A DNA stretch of 64,000 nucleotides, from positions 530,184 to 594,183 of the forward strand of contig NW_003314272.1 in assembly GCF_000143415.4 (NCBI RefSeq), given 5' to 3'. Both the position numbers and the translations under genes were made by a program. Position 1 is the stretch's first letter. The number at the start of each line of letters is the position of its first letter. The notes beneath the pieces were generated by a model, which was not told the DNA's origin, made no database searches, and saw only the letters and a program-made list of their open reading frames with translations. This document shows positions 22,938 through 34,260 of this stretch, one piece after another. Origin of the DNA: Selaginella moellendorffii (lineage: Eukaryota; Plantae; Lycopodiophyta).

Positions 22938-24750
22938 ATGGCCGCTGCTGATTCGTCGTCTCGGCCTGTGCTCCGGCGAACGCAGCCAAAGGTGTTGCCA
23001 AAGACTCCTCCGGCGGCCCCCAAGCCGCTCAAGAGCGCTCCATCAATTGCCAAGAAACCATCCCCTCCTCCGGTGCCGGCGGCCGAGAAGATCAGCACTC
23101 CAAAGCTCCGTAGCGTCCAGATTCCAGTGCCGGGTCCAGCGGTTCTCAAGCCCGTGGCCGCGGATTTGAGCCCGGCGTCGGTTCTTCACGATCAGCCTAG
23201 CATTGTCGACGAGGAGGACGATTCTTCCAGCATTGCCAGTAGCAGCTGCCACAGCAGCCCGTGCTTCAGGAAAGATCCCTCTTCCTCGCTTCTAAAGGGT
23301 GGGAAGAGCGTGGCAAAGAAGGCGCCGCCGAGAAAAATTCCAGAGGCTCCCTCCACTCCCGCGATAGTGAAGAGGACGACGACCACGATGTTTCCTTCTC
23401 CTCAAGAAGTTCTCGCCCAGAGGAAGCTCAAGATTTCTCACTACGGTCGCAAGCAAGGCTCGCTCAAGGCTGTGAAAGTCGTTCTTCCGGAGGAATCGCT
23501 CAACTCTCCTGCCACCCAGAAGCGATGCGCTTGGATTTCGCCTCAATGTGGTGAGTTTTTTTCTCCAGTTTTTTTTTTTCTTTTCTTTCTTCAATGTTTG
23601 CTTCGTTTGTGGTGGGTTGTCAATCCGTCTGGTGAGCTGCTCGGATCTTTGCGTGATTGTTCTTTCTTTTGTTTCGCTTTGATTCTTCATCTAAAGCCTT
23701 TTTCAATGCAGATCCCGCGTACATCGCCTATCATGACGAAGAATGGGGAGTTCCTGTGCACGATGACAAGTAAGAGCTGGATCCTGTTGAGCTTTATTTT
23801 AGTATTGCTTGCTCGTTGCTGTTCCTTTGAGTTGTTGCTTTCACTGTTTCTATGAGTTGTTGCTGATCCATCTGGTTTATTTTTTCCTTTCCACTTGGTG
23901 GTGTTGATGCAGCTTGCTTTTCGAGCTCCTGGTGCTAGCCGGTGCGCAGTCGGAGATGGGGTGGTCTTTAATTCTCAGCAAGCGAGATTGTTACAGGTTG
24001 GTAGCCACTGCTTCCACTTCTTGCTCGTTTCTTTGCCTTCTCTTTTACTTTGATTCTACGTTGAATTTCTTGCACCTCGAGGGAATTGTGAACAGCGGGC
24101 ATTAACGTGTGGATGTTTTTTTTTTCTGTTTTCCCTTCTACTTCTTCCAGGCGTGCCTTCCAAGGCTTCGATCCAGCAGCAGTGGCAGCCTTTGACAAGA
24201 AGAAAGTTGCTGCGTTGAAGAGCGAGGTGGACATATATCAGCAGGAGGGAAAGCTCCAGGCAGTAATTGAGAATGCGGGACGTGTTCTGCAGGTAACAGT
24301 TCATTCTCTTACGTCCCGATATTTTCTCCTTTTTTGCTTCCCTTTTTCCGTGCCTCACTCACTGTTCGACTGTTCGATGGCCAGATTGTCCAAGAATGTG
24401 GATCACTAAGCAATTACTTGTGGGGCTTCTTGAATCACAAGCCCGTGACGCCCAACTTCCGGATGCCGGCCCAGGTCCCCATCAAAACGTCCAAGTCGGA
24501 GTTCATCAGCAGGGACCTTGTCCGGAGAGGCTTCTCGTGCGTCGGGCCGACCACCGTCTACTCGCTCATGCAAGCCGCGGGGATGACCAACGATCACACC
24601 ACGCAGTGCTTCAGGCACAAGGAGTGCGCTGCCGCTGCCGAGGCGACGACGATCAAGACTGGAGCTCCATCGCCGAGCTTCGCAATCGCTAGCGCTGACA
24701 ACCGAGATAACCTGACGAGCAGCAGGAACAGCAGCGTTTTTGTTCACTGA
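22938..24750 (+). CDS. DNA-3-methyladenine glycosylase I (TAG family), 5 exons
   Basis: KRCAWISPQC-DPAYIAYHDEEWGVPVHDD-LLFELLVLAGAQSEMGWSLILSKR-AFQGFDPAAVA...SRDLVRRGFSCVGPTTVYSLMQAAGMTNDHTTQCFR; GT-AG introns. Confidence 0.94.
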
Positions 24751-25087
24751 TTTCCAGGGACGGAGTGGGGGCGATGATCGATCAAAAGGCAAGCAAAAAT
24801 CGCCCATCGCCACAGCAAGAAGAGAAAGCTTTCGTCTCTCTCTTTTTACTTTCCTCCCATTTACTTATTTTATTGTACACTACAGAGCTTTTGTATTATA
24901 CGTGTTGTGTTTGCTCTAAAAGTCAAAGAAGTCAACTTATAAAAGTCTTCACGTGAAAGAAACTCTAAAAAAGTTAACAGTCAAAGAAAGTCAAAAACCA
25001 TTGTAGAACATTTTCCTGTAACCATTTTTTTCTCTCTCTCTTTTGTTTGTTTTTTTGCTTTTCTTTTTCATGGATGTTTTAGAATAA

Positions 25088-28000
25088 TCAAACCACCTGG
25101 AAAAGTTGGTCAAGGTGAGGCAAGGGAGAATTACGCCTTCTATCTTGTTGGTGGAGTTTGTGGTTTTCTTGCTGCTGATCTTGGTGTTGATCCTGTTGAG
25201 GCTTGGCCAAGACGAACAGCATGTCCCGCATAGCAGCCTGGTTTGGATTTGAGATCTTACTTAGGCCGAAGAAACGTTTATATAAAACGCTAGAACTTTA
25301 CCTGGACGCTGCTCATCGCAAAAGATCCAGCCCCGACATTCATGCCGGGCTTCAATGGATCGTCAATCCACAAAGACGTTGGCTGGAAGCTCGGCTCCAG
25401 CGCAAACATCCCTCCAGAGCTACCATTCGAGCCCTGGTTGGAAGACAAATCCAAAACTCAAATGAGAAGAGGAAGAAGAGAGTAAAGTGTGGAGTACCTT
25501 GAGTACGATCTTTGCTCTTGAGAAATCGAATTCCTGTCCAAAAATGTGAAGGAACCCAATCAAGAGCGTGCCAAGATTTGGTGCACCTGGAGCTTGGAGT
25601 GACACTAGCAAGTCATCCACAATCCTCCAAGCCCGGGAAATAAGTTCCTCCTCTTGACACGGAGGCCTCGCGGCGGACACACAACCGTCCTCGGACGCCG
25701 TGGTAGACGCGGACGAGTCCGTGAGATTTGTCTCGTCGTCCTCCGAGTCGGATACCTCGGACGATGCCACCGAATGATGATTCGCATTCGCAGGCTGTGC
25801 TGAAACACCGTTTTTATTGCCACCCCACGACACAGGCACTTGCTGCTAAAACGAACGCGAAGAAAAAAAAAACAGAAAGCGATGAAAGACATGGAGAGAA
25901 AAGCTGGTTCTCTCTTGCGAAACTGGAAAAGACGATTGCTTCTTACCTCGAGGTAGAAGACGAGCAAGAGCGTGAGCGAGAAGGAGCCCAGGCCACCAGT
26001 GTAGACGTTGTTCAATCCCTTGCAATGCAGGAAGGACTTCATGAGGAGCACCTGCAGCGTAACAGTGATGCTTCACCACAGAAGTCGAGCGGGGATATCA
26101 ACCTTCATACGAAAAGCGAGAAAGCTAGGCGCGTACCAGAGGAGCCAGCGCCGGGAGCTGGCGGAGTTTGTCGAGGACGTACTCTCTCGCGGCGGCTCCA
26201 TTGTGGACAATCGCCGGAGAGATGGCTCCCGGCCTCTTCTTGCTGCTGCTGCTGCTAGTCCTGGAGCCTCCCCGCGACTTGCCACCGAGAGTTACGTCGA
26301 TGGCCACCGGGGGAGCGTCGTCCGAAGCTACGTCCGGGAAAGGGTCGCAGCACAGCTTGATCACCGGCATGGAGGCCGTCTCGATCGTCATCAGCGACTT
26401 ACACCACCTGTGGTGCTCCTTGAACTCGGCCGCGAGGCTGCGGATGAGCGGGAGGAAACCTCTCGCACCGGAGCCCCCGTCTGCGAGAACCGGAGGCGCT
26501 GGCGTGTCCAAAACGACGACGTCCACGTCGCTATGTGGAAGGCACAGGCCGGTTGCGAACGAGCCAAACACCTGCAAGAACAAAGCTCAAGTTCCAGTCT
26601 TGTAAGAAAGAAACGAAAAAAAAGAGACCTCAACATCAGCTCCAGGCCAGAGCTGCTTCACTCCCCGTCGGACGCAATCCACCGCGGCCTCGGCCCGTGC
26701 TCGAGCCGCGGGTGACGGCCTCGCAGTGCGAGCAAACTCCAAGATCTCGGCGTGGAGCACTCCAAAGTTGGAGTCCACGTTTGCCGCCACCACCGGCGAA
26801 GGCAGCGAGAAAGCCGCCGGAGGGACGAGCATAACCGGGACGCTCCATGCAGCTCCAGGGATGTAAGTTTGATCCCTCTGGACGGGGCGATACCAAAAGC
26901 CATCCATCTCGCTCACCGGCGGCGGCGGCGGTGGCGAGTGGAAACGTATCGGTGTCAGGAGCGGAACGTGTGGCAAAGTCGTGAACGAGTGGAGCTGTAT
27001 GAGTGGCAGCTTCTTCCTGTTGTTGGTGTTGTTGGTGTTGCTACTGGCATCGTCCCTTTGCTTCCACGGCTTTGGAGCCTTTCCCTCCGGAGCTTCCGAC
27101 TTCGCGTCTGTGAAACCATTGCCAGTGATCTCGCTGTTGACGGCGGGATCCGGATCGTGTAGCCGGCCCATGATCGCTGCTGGAGAAGCAGCAGCAGCAG
27201 CATCCAGCTTCACTGCAGGAACCTTGGAGCTCCCGTTGCTTTTAACTGCAGCGCTCTCCCTTTCTCCAGGTTGCATCCCAGACTTGAGAGCTGCTACGTA
27301 CGAACCCCGGGAGGTGGAGCATTCCACTCCATCTTCTCCTCTATCACTTTCGCTTGCCAACACCCCCACCATTTTGTTGGTGCATGCAGCAACTTCGTCC
27401 CTTATCGCGTCACCACCTACATTATCCACTGCCAAATGCTCCCCGTTCGACGAAGATCTCCAGGCCCGGGAGAGATCTGCTCTACTCAAGCTTGTGCCCG
27501 TCGTGAAGCCATTCCGTTTTCGCGGAGAGCTCGCAGGGCCTGGCTTGGGCCAGTTTATCCGAGGCTTGCCGCGCACTGTCTCCCACTCGCTGCCATCGGA
27601 TGATTCAAGCCTCTGGTTGCTGAAAAGCTTGAGCAACGCTGCTGTCTGCAAAGTTTCCAGGGAATAAAAAAAGAAAGAAAAAATTTAATAAACAAATTAG
27701 TAGAAAGTTGCGAGTACCTCGGACATGGACAGCTCTAGCCTGAATTTCTTTGCTTCATAATGGAAGAGTACCGGCCGAAAGGCATCCTCTTCAAGCGGTG
27801 CCCGATTTTCTCGAATCCGCACGCGAACCTGGATGGATTCTCTCGGGTGTAAGTTGATGATCTACCACCCTTTGCAGTTAGATAGAACTACACGCAACTT
27901 ACCTGCGCCGGATATCTGGAAACATCAACTCCGGACCTCGCATCCTTGTTGATCCAAGCATCCGGCTCGATATTCAAGCCACCATCACTAGATGCCTACA

Positions 28001-28160
28001 AGTAAACGCAAAGTATTAAACCAAAACAAAAGAAGAAGATGGTTTTCTCGGGCTCACCTCAAATACTCCGTGCAAGCATCTGTTACTGTAGTTGTAGAGA
28101 AATAGTGGCAACCCTTTGCGTATGCCTTTGACGGAATCAATGAAACTCCTCGGCAGCCCT

Positions 28161-28199
<39 letters not shown>

Positions 28200-28479
28200 C
28201 AGCACGATCGATTCAACACGGATCTAAACAGAGCAATTTGAAACAGTCACTCCATCCAATTAAGAACAAGCAAAAAAGAAGCGAAGAGAAAATGGGAGAA
28301 AACGAAAAAAGACAAAAGATTTTACCGAAGAGGCACCGCTCAAAGTCTTCGGGCATGGTCTCATCGTTGCAAAAGAAGATGAATCCGCCCAGCGGCTGCT
28401 CGTGCGGGGACAATCGCGGGACCTCCTGCGGCACGCGCCGCTCCAAGAGAAGCCTGTGATGGTGCGCATTCACAACCAT
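25088..28479 (-). CDS. Multi-exon gene: N-terminal DCD domain fused to a TRF4/5-like non-canonical poly(A) polymerase (nucleotidyltransferase + PAP-associated domain)
   Basis: DCD: LGGFIFFCNDETMPEDFERCLFGLP...VKGIRKGLPLFLYNYSNRCLHGVFEASSDGGLNIEPDAW...SRYPAQVRVR. NTase: LHAEILEF...VEVFGSFATGLCLPHSDVDVVV...AIDVT...KSFLHCKGLNNVYTGGLGSFSL...NLGTLLIGFLHIFGQEFDF...IDDPLKPGMNVG. In-frame GT-AG junctions. Confidence 0.85.
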
Positions 28480-28932
28480 GTCTGTGTCGCGACCAAAACC
28501 ATCCAAAGAAGGGAGAAATCTCTGAAATCTCAACAAAATCCTTGCCACGGAGAGAAGACACCGATTCCAAGCGCTAGAAATCTCACTCCGCCCGCCCCGG
28601 CGGGCCTGATTAGCTCCGTCACCGGGGCGAAAGCTTCCAGAACAGCAAATTCGTGGAGAATCTCAGAGAATTCGGCTGCTGCGGGGGAGAGAGAATGAAA
28701 AGCCCTAATCTCTTCCACACAAACCCTAAAAAATTTAATGTCCCGTGTCAAACTATATCGCTGAAAGCCTTTTTTTTTTGGTCCAGTGGCCAAAGCGAAA
28801 GGAGAAAAATTCAACCAAAGAGTGTCCTCCTCCGTACGAAGCACTCCAAAAAAAAATCCGAAGTTCCTTTTTTTTTTTTCACGGCGAATGAATGATATAT
28901 ATATATTTTTGTCTCGAGAGCAGTCGCGTCCT

Positions 28933-30034
28933 CTAAAAACCTCCAAAAATCGCGAGGAATGCCTCCGCGTTGGTCAGGTCGTCGAGAATCACGGCATTCG
29001 TGCCGCTGGCTTGACGCAATTCACTGCCGGTGAAAATCCCGGTGCACACGGCGACGGGAAGAGCGCCTCCGAGCTCGGCCGCAGCGACGTCGTTGGGCTG
29101 TAGAAAAAAGTTTTTTTTCTCTCGTGAGCAAAGATGGAAAGAACAAGAAAAAACGTGTTTTTTTTTTCTCTTACCGTGTCGCCAACGTGAGCGTGCAGAC
29201 GGATGGTCTTGTCGAAGAGCTGGAGAGCTTTTTGGCGAGAGAGCTTGACGAGCTCGCCGCGGTCTTCATGGTCACTGCCAAATCTTCGCAAGACAAGAAG
29301 AGAGTTTTCTCTTCGTCTTGATGGGAAAGAACGACCGAATCGAAGAACTTACCCTCCGAAATGGGGGACGCTGAAGAACTCCTCGATCCCCAAGCTGACC
29401 ATCTTCATCCAAGCAATGCCCTCGAGGTTTCCAGTCACCTAGTTGCCAAAAAAGTGATCCAAAGTCTGAGCACGACCGGAAAGAGAGGAAGAAGACGATG
29501 GGATTTCTTACCAGGCCAATTAAGAAGCTTTCATCCTTGGAGAGCGTCTGGAGGAGATGATAAACTCCTGGAAGAAGTTCCAATCCATCTCCAATCTCCG
29601 ACGCGTGATCGTGTGCGTAGCCAACCATGCTGGCTTTCAGCTCTGGAAGCTTGGCCGTGGACTCCTGTAACAAGTGAGATTGCCAAATCACAGTATTTTT
29701 TTGTTCTTTCGATCGATCCATACAAACCTGTCTTGGAACCCCGTAATGCTCCAGAGTGCTCACGAGAATGATCGGATCGGTGCTACCATGGTGCTACATC
29801 GGGTATAGAGATCATAGAAACTTCATTCGTACACCCAGATCTAACACTTACCTTGACAACATCAATGGTAGCATCGCGCACGCCAAATATTTCCTCCATG
29901 GCGTGCGAGAAGGCGCGCTTGTGGAGGCGATTCGCTAGCGGCCCGACACTGCGCATCAGAGTGCCATCCACATCGAATGTGACGAGGATCTTGCCGCCAT
30001 CGCCATCGCCATCGCCATCGCCATTGCCCGCCAT
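28933..30034 (-). CDS. HAD-superfamily hydrolase (phosphatase-like), ~6 exons
   Basis: Motif I FDVDGTL, motif II VTGN, FGSD, motif IV VGDTPNDV; GT-AG introns. Confidence 0.88.
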
Positions 30035-30139
30035 GGAGAGAAATGCGAATCTTCTCAGATGCCATAGCTTTGCCCTAATTCCGTACAAGTATCTTTCGTA
30101 CAGGCACACTAAGGAAAGTGCTCTTTTTACGTTTTTTTT

Positions 30140-33100
30140 CTACTTCAACTCATAGTATCTGTTGGTCTTGGGATCATAGTAACAATCCAGCGTCGGATCA
30201 TAGAGCAAATCGAGGTCGTCTTCGGATGTTCCTTCGAGATCTGGAGGAGCGAAAGAAGCAAAGTTTGTCGCCAAGAACTTGAATGAATCATATCAAATAC
30301 CATCAGCCGCGGCTGGACGTCCGCAAAGCTCCTCTAACTGTGCCGATCTCGACTTCCTGCGAGAGGAGCTCGGGCCGGGAGAGATCTTCCGAGCACTGTT
30401 TGGACCGTTGGCGCCGTTTGGACCGGTGGCGCTTCCCATGCTGGAGTCAAAAATAAAAATGTCGCAAGTGCAAAAGAGAAAAAAGAGAAAAAAGAGAACT
30501 TGGTTAGTGACAAAAAGTGATAGTTACCTGTCTAGCTTGAGGACCGGCTTTGCGACCATATGGGGCTCAAACACCGTCTGCTCGCCAGAATCCTCAAACT
30601 CTTCCTCGTCATGCTCATCGTATGCATCGTGCGAATCGTGCTCGTTTAGATTACTGTGGTCCTGTACAAGCAAAAGAATCTCACAAGTGGAGCTGGGGAA
30701 AACAAAAAGAAGAAGAAGAAAAAAACACATTACCTGTTCGTGAACAACAAACAAATCATCGGCGCTATCAAACGGAGTGATAGCCACAGTGGTTTCTTCT
30801 GGCAAGAAGAAAGAAGAAAGAGTTAAAAACCAAACATTCAAGTTTCTAAAGGTGGACCGTCCAAGTTCTAGAGGTGGAACTCCCAAGTTCTAGAGGGAAC
30901 TTCCAAGTTATAGAGAAGAACTTCCAGTTCTAGAGATGGAACTTACGTACCTTTGGCGATGGCATCGCTGCTGGGAGCCTTTCCCCCGCTCAACCGCGTC
31001 TTCTTGACGAGGTCCTCGAGATCATTCAGCGCGCTGGGGCTGCCACGGCCCGAGCTCCCCGAGCACCAGCTCTCATCGTCCGACGCCGACGCCGAGTTGT
31101 TCCCTTCCCGGAGCATGAAGTCCTTCTCCAGCTCAAATTGGTAGAACTTGAGCCCCTCGGCGTCCCTGCTCGCGATCGTCTTGGACGGCTTTTGCTCGGC
31201 TTGCGACGAGGACGAGTTCGCCGGCTGTGGAGCCTGTGCCAGGTCCGGAGCCGCGGTATCCTCCGAGGCCTCCTTCTCCTTGTCCTCGCCATCCTCGGAC
31301 ATGGACGAGAAGATCTCCGTGTCGTCCTGTGCGTAGTCTCCCAGCTTCTCAAACAAGGTGTGCACCTTGAAGTTCATGTCGTCGGAGCCGCGAGCGCTGG
31401 CGGATCTCTCCCATCCGCACGGGGTGATGGGGGGAGAGTCCTCGTACCTAGCCTGCTGCCTGAAATCCTTGGCTCTCACCAGCTCGGCCTCCTTCCGCCC
31501 GTGCTTGCCGTTTGCGATGTATGGTATCTCGGCTCGCTTCCACGCCTGTTCTTCCTTCTTCTTTCCCGGCTTTGCGCCACCGCCACCTTTCATAAGCTCG
31601 ACAGCATTCTCGGCCTTCTTCTCGACTCTGGCGGCTTCGTTGCTGGCTACCAGCGTTGCTGCAGTGTTGTTCTCGCCTTTCTTGGTCGTGGTTGTGCTGG
31701 GAGTTTGGATGTCTGGAGTGGAGGACCTCGCAAGCATGGGAAACCTCCGGTCGAGCTTCTCCGGGGCCGTCCTGTTGGTCGTCGTGTCCATGGAGGTGTC
31801 CGGTGGGAGCGGGAGCTTTGGCTGCTTCTCCCTGACGTGCCTTTCTTCGATGGTGGCCTGAGTATTTTGCTGCGCGGTGGAGCAGACGAGAGGCATCCTG
31901 GAGCCAAACGCGACGTGCACCTGTCTCGGATACTCCATCCTGTTCAATGTCAACTTTCTGGCGCTCAGGACAGACTCCGGACCACCTCGAGCTGCATCGA
32001 TCGTGAAGTCAGTTTCAAGCAAGAGAGAACTAGAACAAGCAAACAAAGGCAAGAAGAAGAAGAAGAAGAAGAAGGAGTGTCAAACTTGCCATCAATGGAA
32101 GGAATCTCAATGCCAAGAGCAGACTGTAACTTCGCAATATCAATCACTTGCGAACAGTTCTCCACCCCTGACGCAAATGTATGTTCTTGCGGGAGCGGTT
32201 CCTCGATGCCAAGCGCATTCTCGCCTCCAGTCTCTGCTAGCCGGGTCCTCAGCGTGAATATCTTGCGGAGCTTACAGACGGGTCCTAGGACAATAACTTC
32301 AACGGACCTGTGGATCAAGAAACCAAAACCAAAATGAAACGAGTGTTAAAAACACATTTCCTGGACCTTTAAACTATTGCACGGAGGCAACTATTCTCAC
32401 CGAAAACTTATTACCCGGAAACAATTGTAGAAAAGGTCTGGGACATGCAGTGCCAAGCTGAGCCAAATGTTCCGCATTACCTGTCGATCACAGCCTTGAT
32501 CCTTTGATTATGCTTGGGAGATTTCCAGAGCATCTTGCTTACCATTGAGATTGGAATCTGGCAGTGAAGAGGCGTGATCTTGAGCTCGCTGAAAGAGGTG
32601 GAAAAGTACATCTTTCGCCGAGTATTCGTGGTGTCACTCACCCTGCATCTCTACTGATTGTTACTACAGCAACGAGAAAGCACTAAAAGAAAAATGAAAT
32701 CGCAAAGGATAGATCATACCTTAGCTCGAAGTTGAAATGCTGTCCGGAGGGAATAAAGAGCTGTAGCACCAGATATGGATGAATCAACTGGAGGCCTGAC
32801 TCAATCACAGTGAGAAAAAAAGAAGGTAAGCTCAACTCATAAGCTTTGCAAAACAAGAAAAAAAAACAACAAAAACAAAAGAGTATCACACCTGTTTTGA
32901 TCTCGTCCTTCGGTAGCTGGATCTTGGACGAATGCCCTCCAGTACAGGAATACACATAGCCTTTCACCGATTTGTCATAAACCTGCGAAGAAGAAAAAGA
33001 AGAAAAAAGAGATAAAAATCCCATCTTTCGTGCTGGAAAATCAATGGGAGTGTACCTTCTGGATACCTTTCCCGCAGAGCTTGCAATTCACCAAGGGATT

Positions 33101-33324
33101 GCTTCCCTGCAACCAGAAAACACACACACACACACACGCCCACACAAGATGGAATGAGAAAACCAATATCTTGGAGCGAGCAATACCTGAGCACTAAACA
33201 CTGTAAACGTCGATCCTCCTTGGTACTGTGAAGACCTCCCAGCCATGACCGCGCCCCCGCCTTTGGTCCCGATAGCTGCCGGAATGCTCACGGTGGCGAT
33301 GCCCGTCATACTCGCGCTGCTCAT
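30140..33324 (-). CDS. CFAP20DC: CFAP20-domain (DUF667) protein, CFAP20DC/C3orf67-like; multi-exon, start uncertain (33246/33324/33384)
   Basis: YQGGSTFTVFSAQGSNP...VYDKSVKGYVY...LQLIHPYLVLQLFIPSGQHFNFEL...DTTNTRRKMYFS...CKLRKIFTL; long disordered middle; C-terminal LLYDPTLDCYYDPKTNRYYELK. Confidence 0.82.
30861..30943. repeat. Intronic tandem repeat, ~4 x 20-22 bp (CCAAGTTCTAGAGRNGGAACT)
   Basis: Direct inspection. Confidence 0.75.
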
Positions 33325-33675
33325 CTTGTTTGCCGCCCCGGCACTCCGGCCTTCGATACCCAGAGTTGCCATACTGTAATGCATCTGTGTACCATCGATC
33401 GGCTTCCCAGCTCCTCTTGCACGAAAGCTCTCGCTTCTTGCTTGCTAGGGCTGTAAACGCAATGAAAGTTAGTTACAGGGGTTCCCGGTCCCGTGAAACT
33501 TTGGCCTTCTTTCCTTTTTAACCTTTTAATTGTTTTTTTTTTCGTGTTGGTTTTCCACTTGGCGGTTGCTCCAATTCAGGTGAAGAACCGGCCGGTACTT
33601 TGGAGAAGCCTCTCTTCTTCTTCTTTTTTTTCGTCGTCTGGTTGCTCGAACTCTTGGTTTTGTATAAATGTGGTG

Positions 33676-34260
33676 ATGGCGATCACCCGCGCCGACTTGG
33701 AGATCAGAAAGGGTCTCTTCTCCGGCAAGGTGAGCAACAGCTTGATCATCGTGGGGACGCTGCTGCTGGGGTTTATCGCGTTTGCGTTTTGCTTGATTGC
33801 CGAGACTGCACGAACACAGGTACATTTCGTCAAAGCTCTTCTCGAGTAAGGAAAACAAAAGCTAGAAAAGAAGACGAACTTAACTGTGGTTGGCAACGAC
33901 TACTACAGGTGCTATGGACGTCCATGTCCGTCCCCAGCCTCTTGGACACCGACGCCTACACGGACATGAAGTGCAGCTACTCCAAAGCCGGGAGCGCGGC
34001 GCTCGCCTGCGCTCTTGGAGCTTTGATCGCGATGGTGATCTCGCTCGCTCTGGCTTTGTCGAGGAAGAACTCGGAAGAGATCATCCAGCCCCTCAGCATC
34101 TGGAACACGAGCACCACCGTCACGTCGGCTCTTCGATGGCAAGCAGCGATATTTCTCGTCACGTCCTGGTAACGGAAAAAAAATCGAGCAAAGTTCTCAA
34201 GAGTGATCCAAAGTGTTTTGTTTTAATTTACATACCAGGACCTCCTTCGAGGTTCCATGA
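33676..34260 (+). pseudogene. DUF1218-family membrane protein, third exon apparently truncated
   Basis: LLGFIAFAFCLIAETARTQ-V...CSYSKAGSAALACALGALIAMVIS...AAIFLVTSW-TSF, then stop at 34258-34260 where the AT-rich tract begins. Confidence 0.7.
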
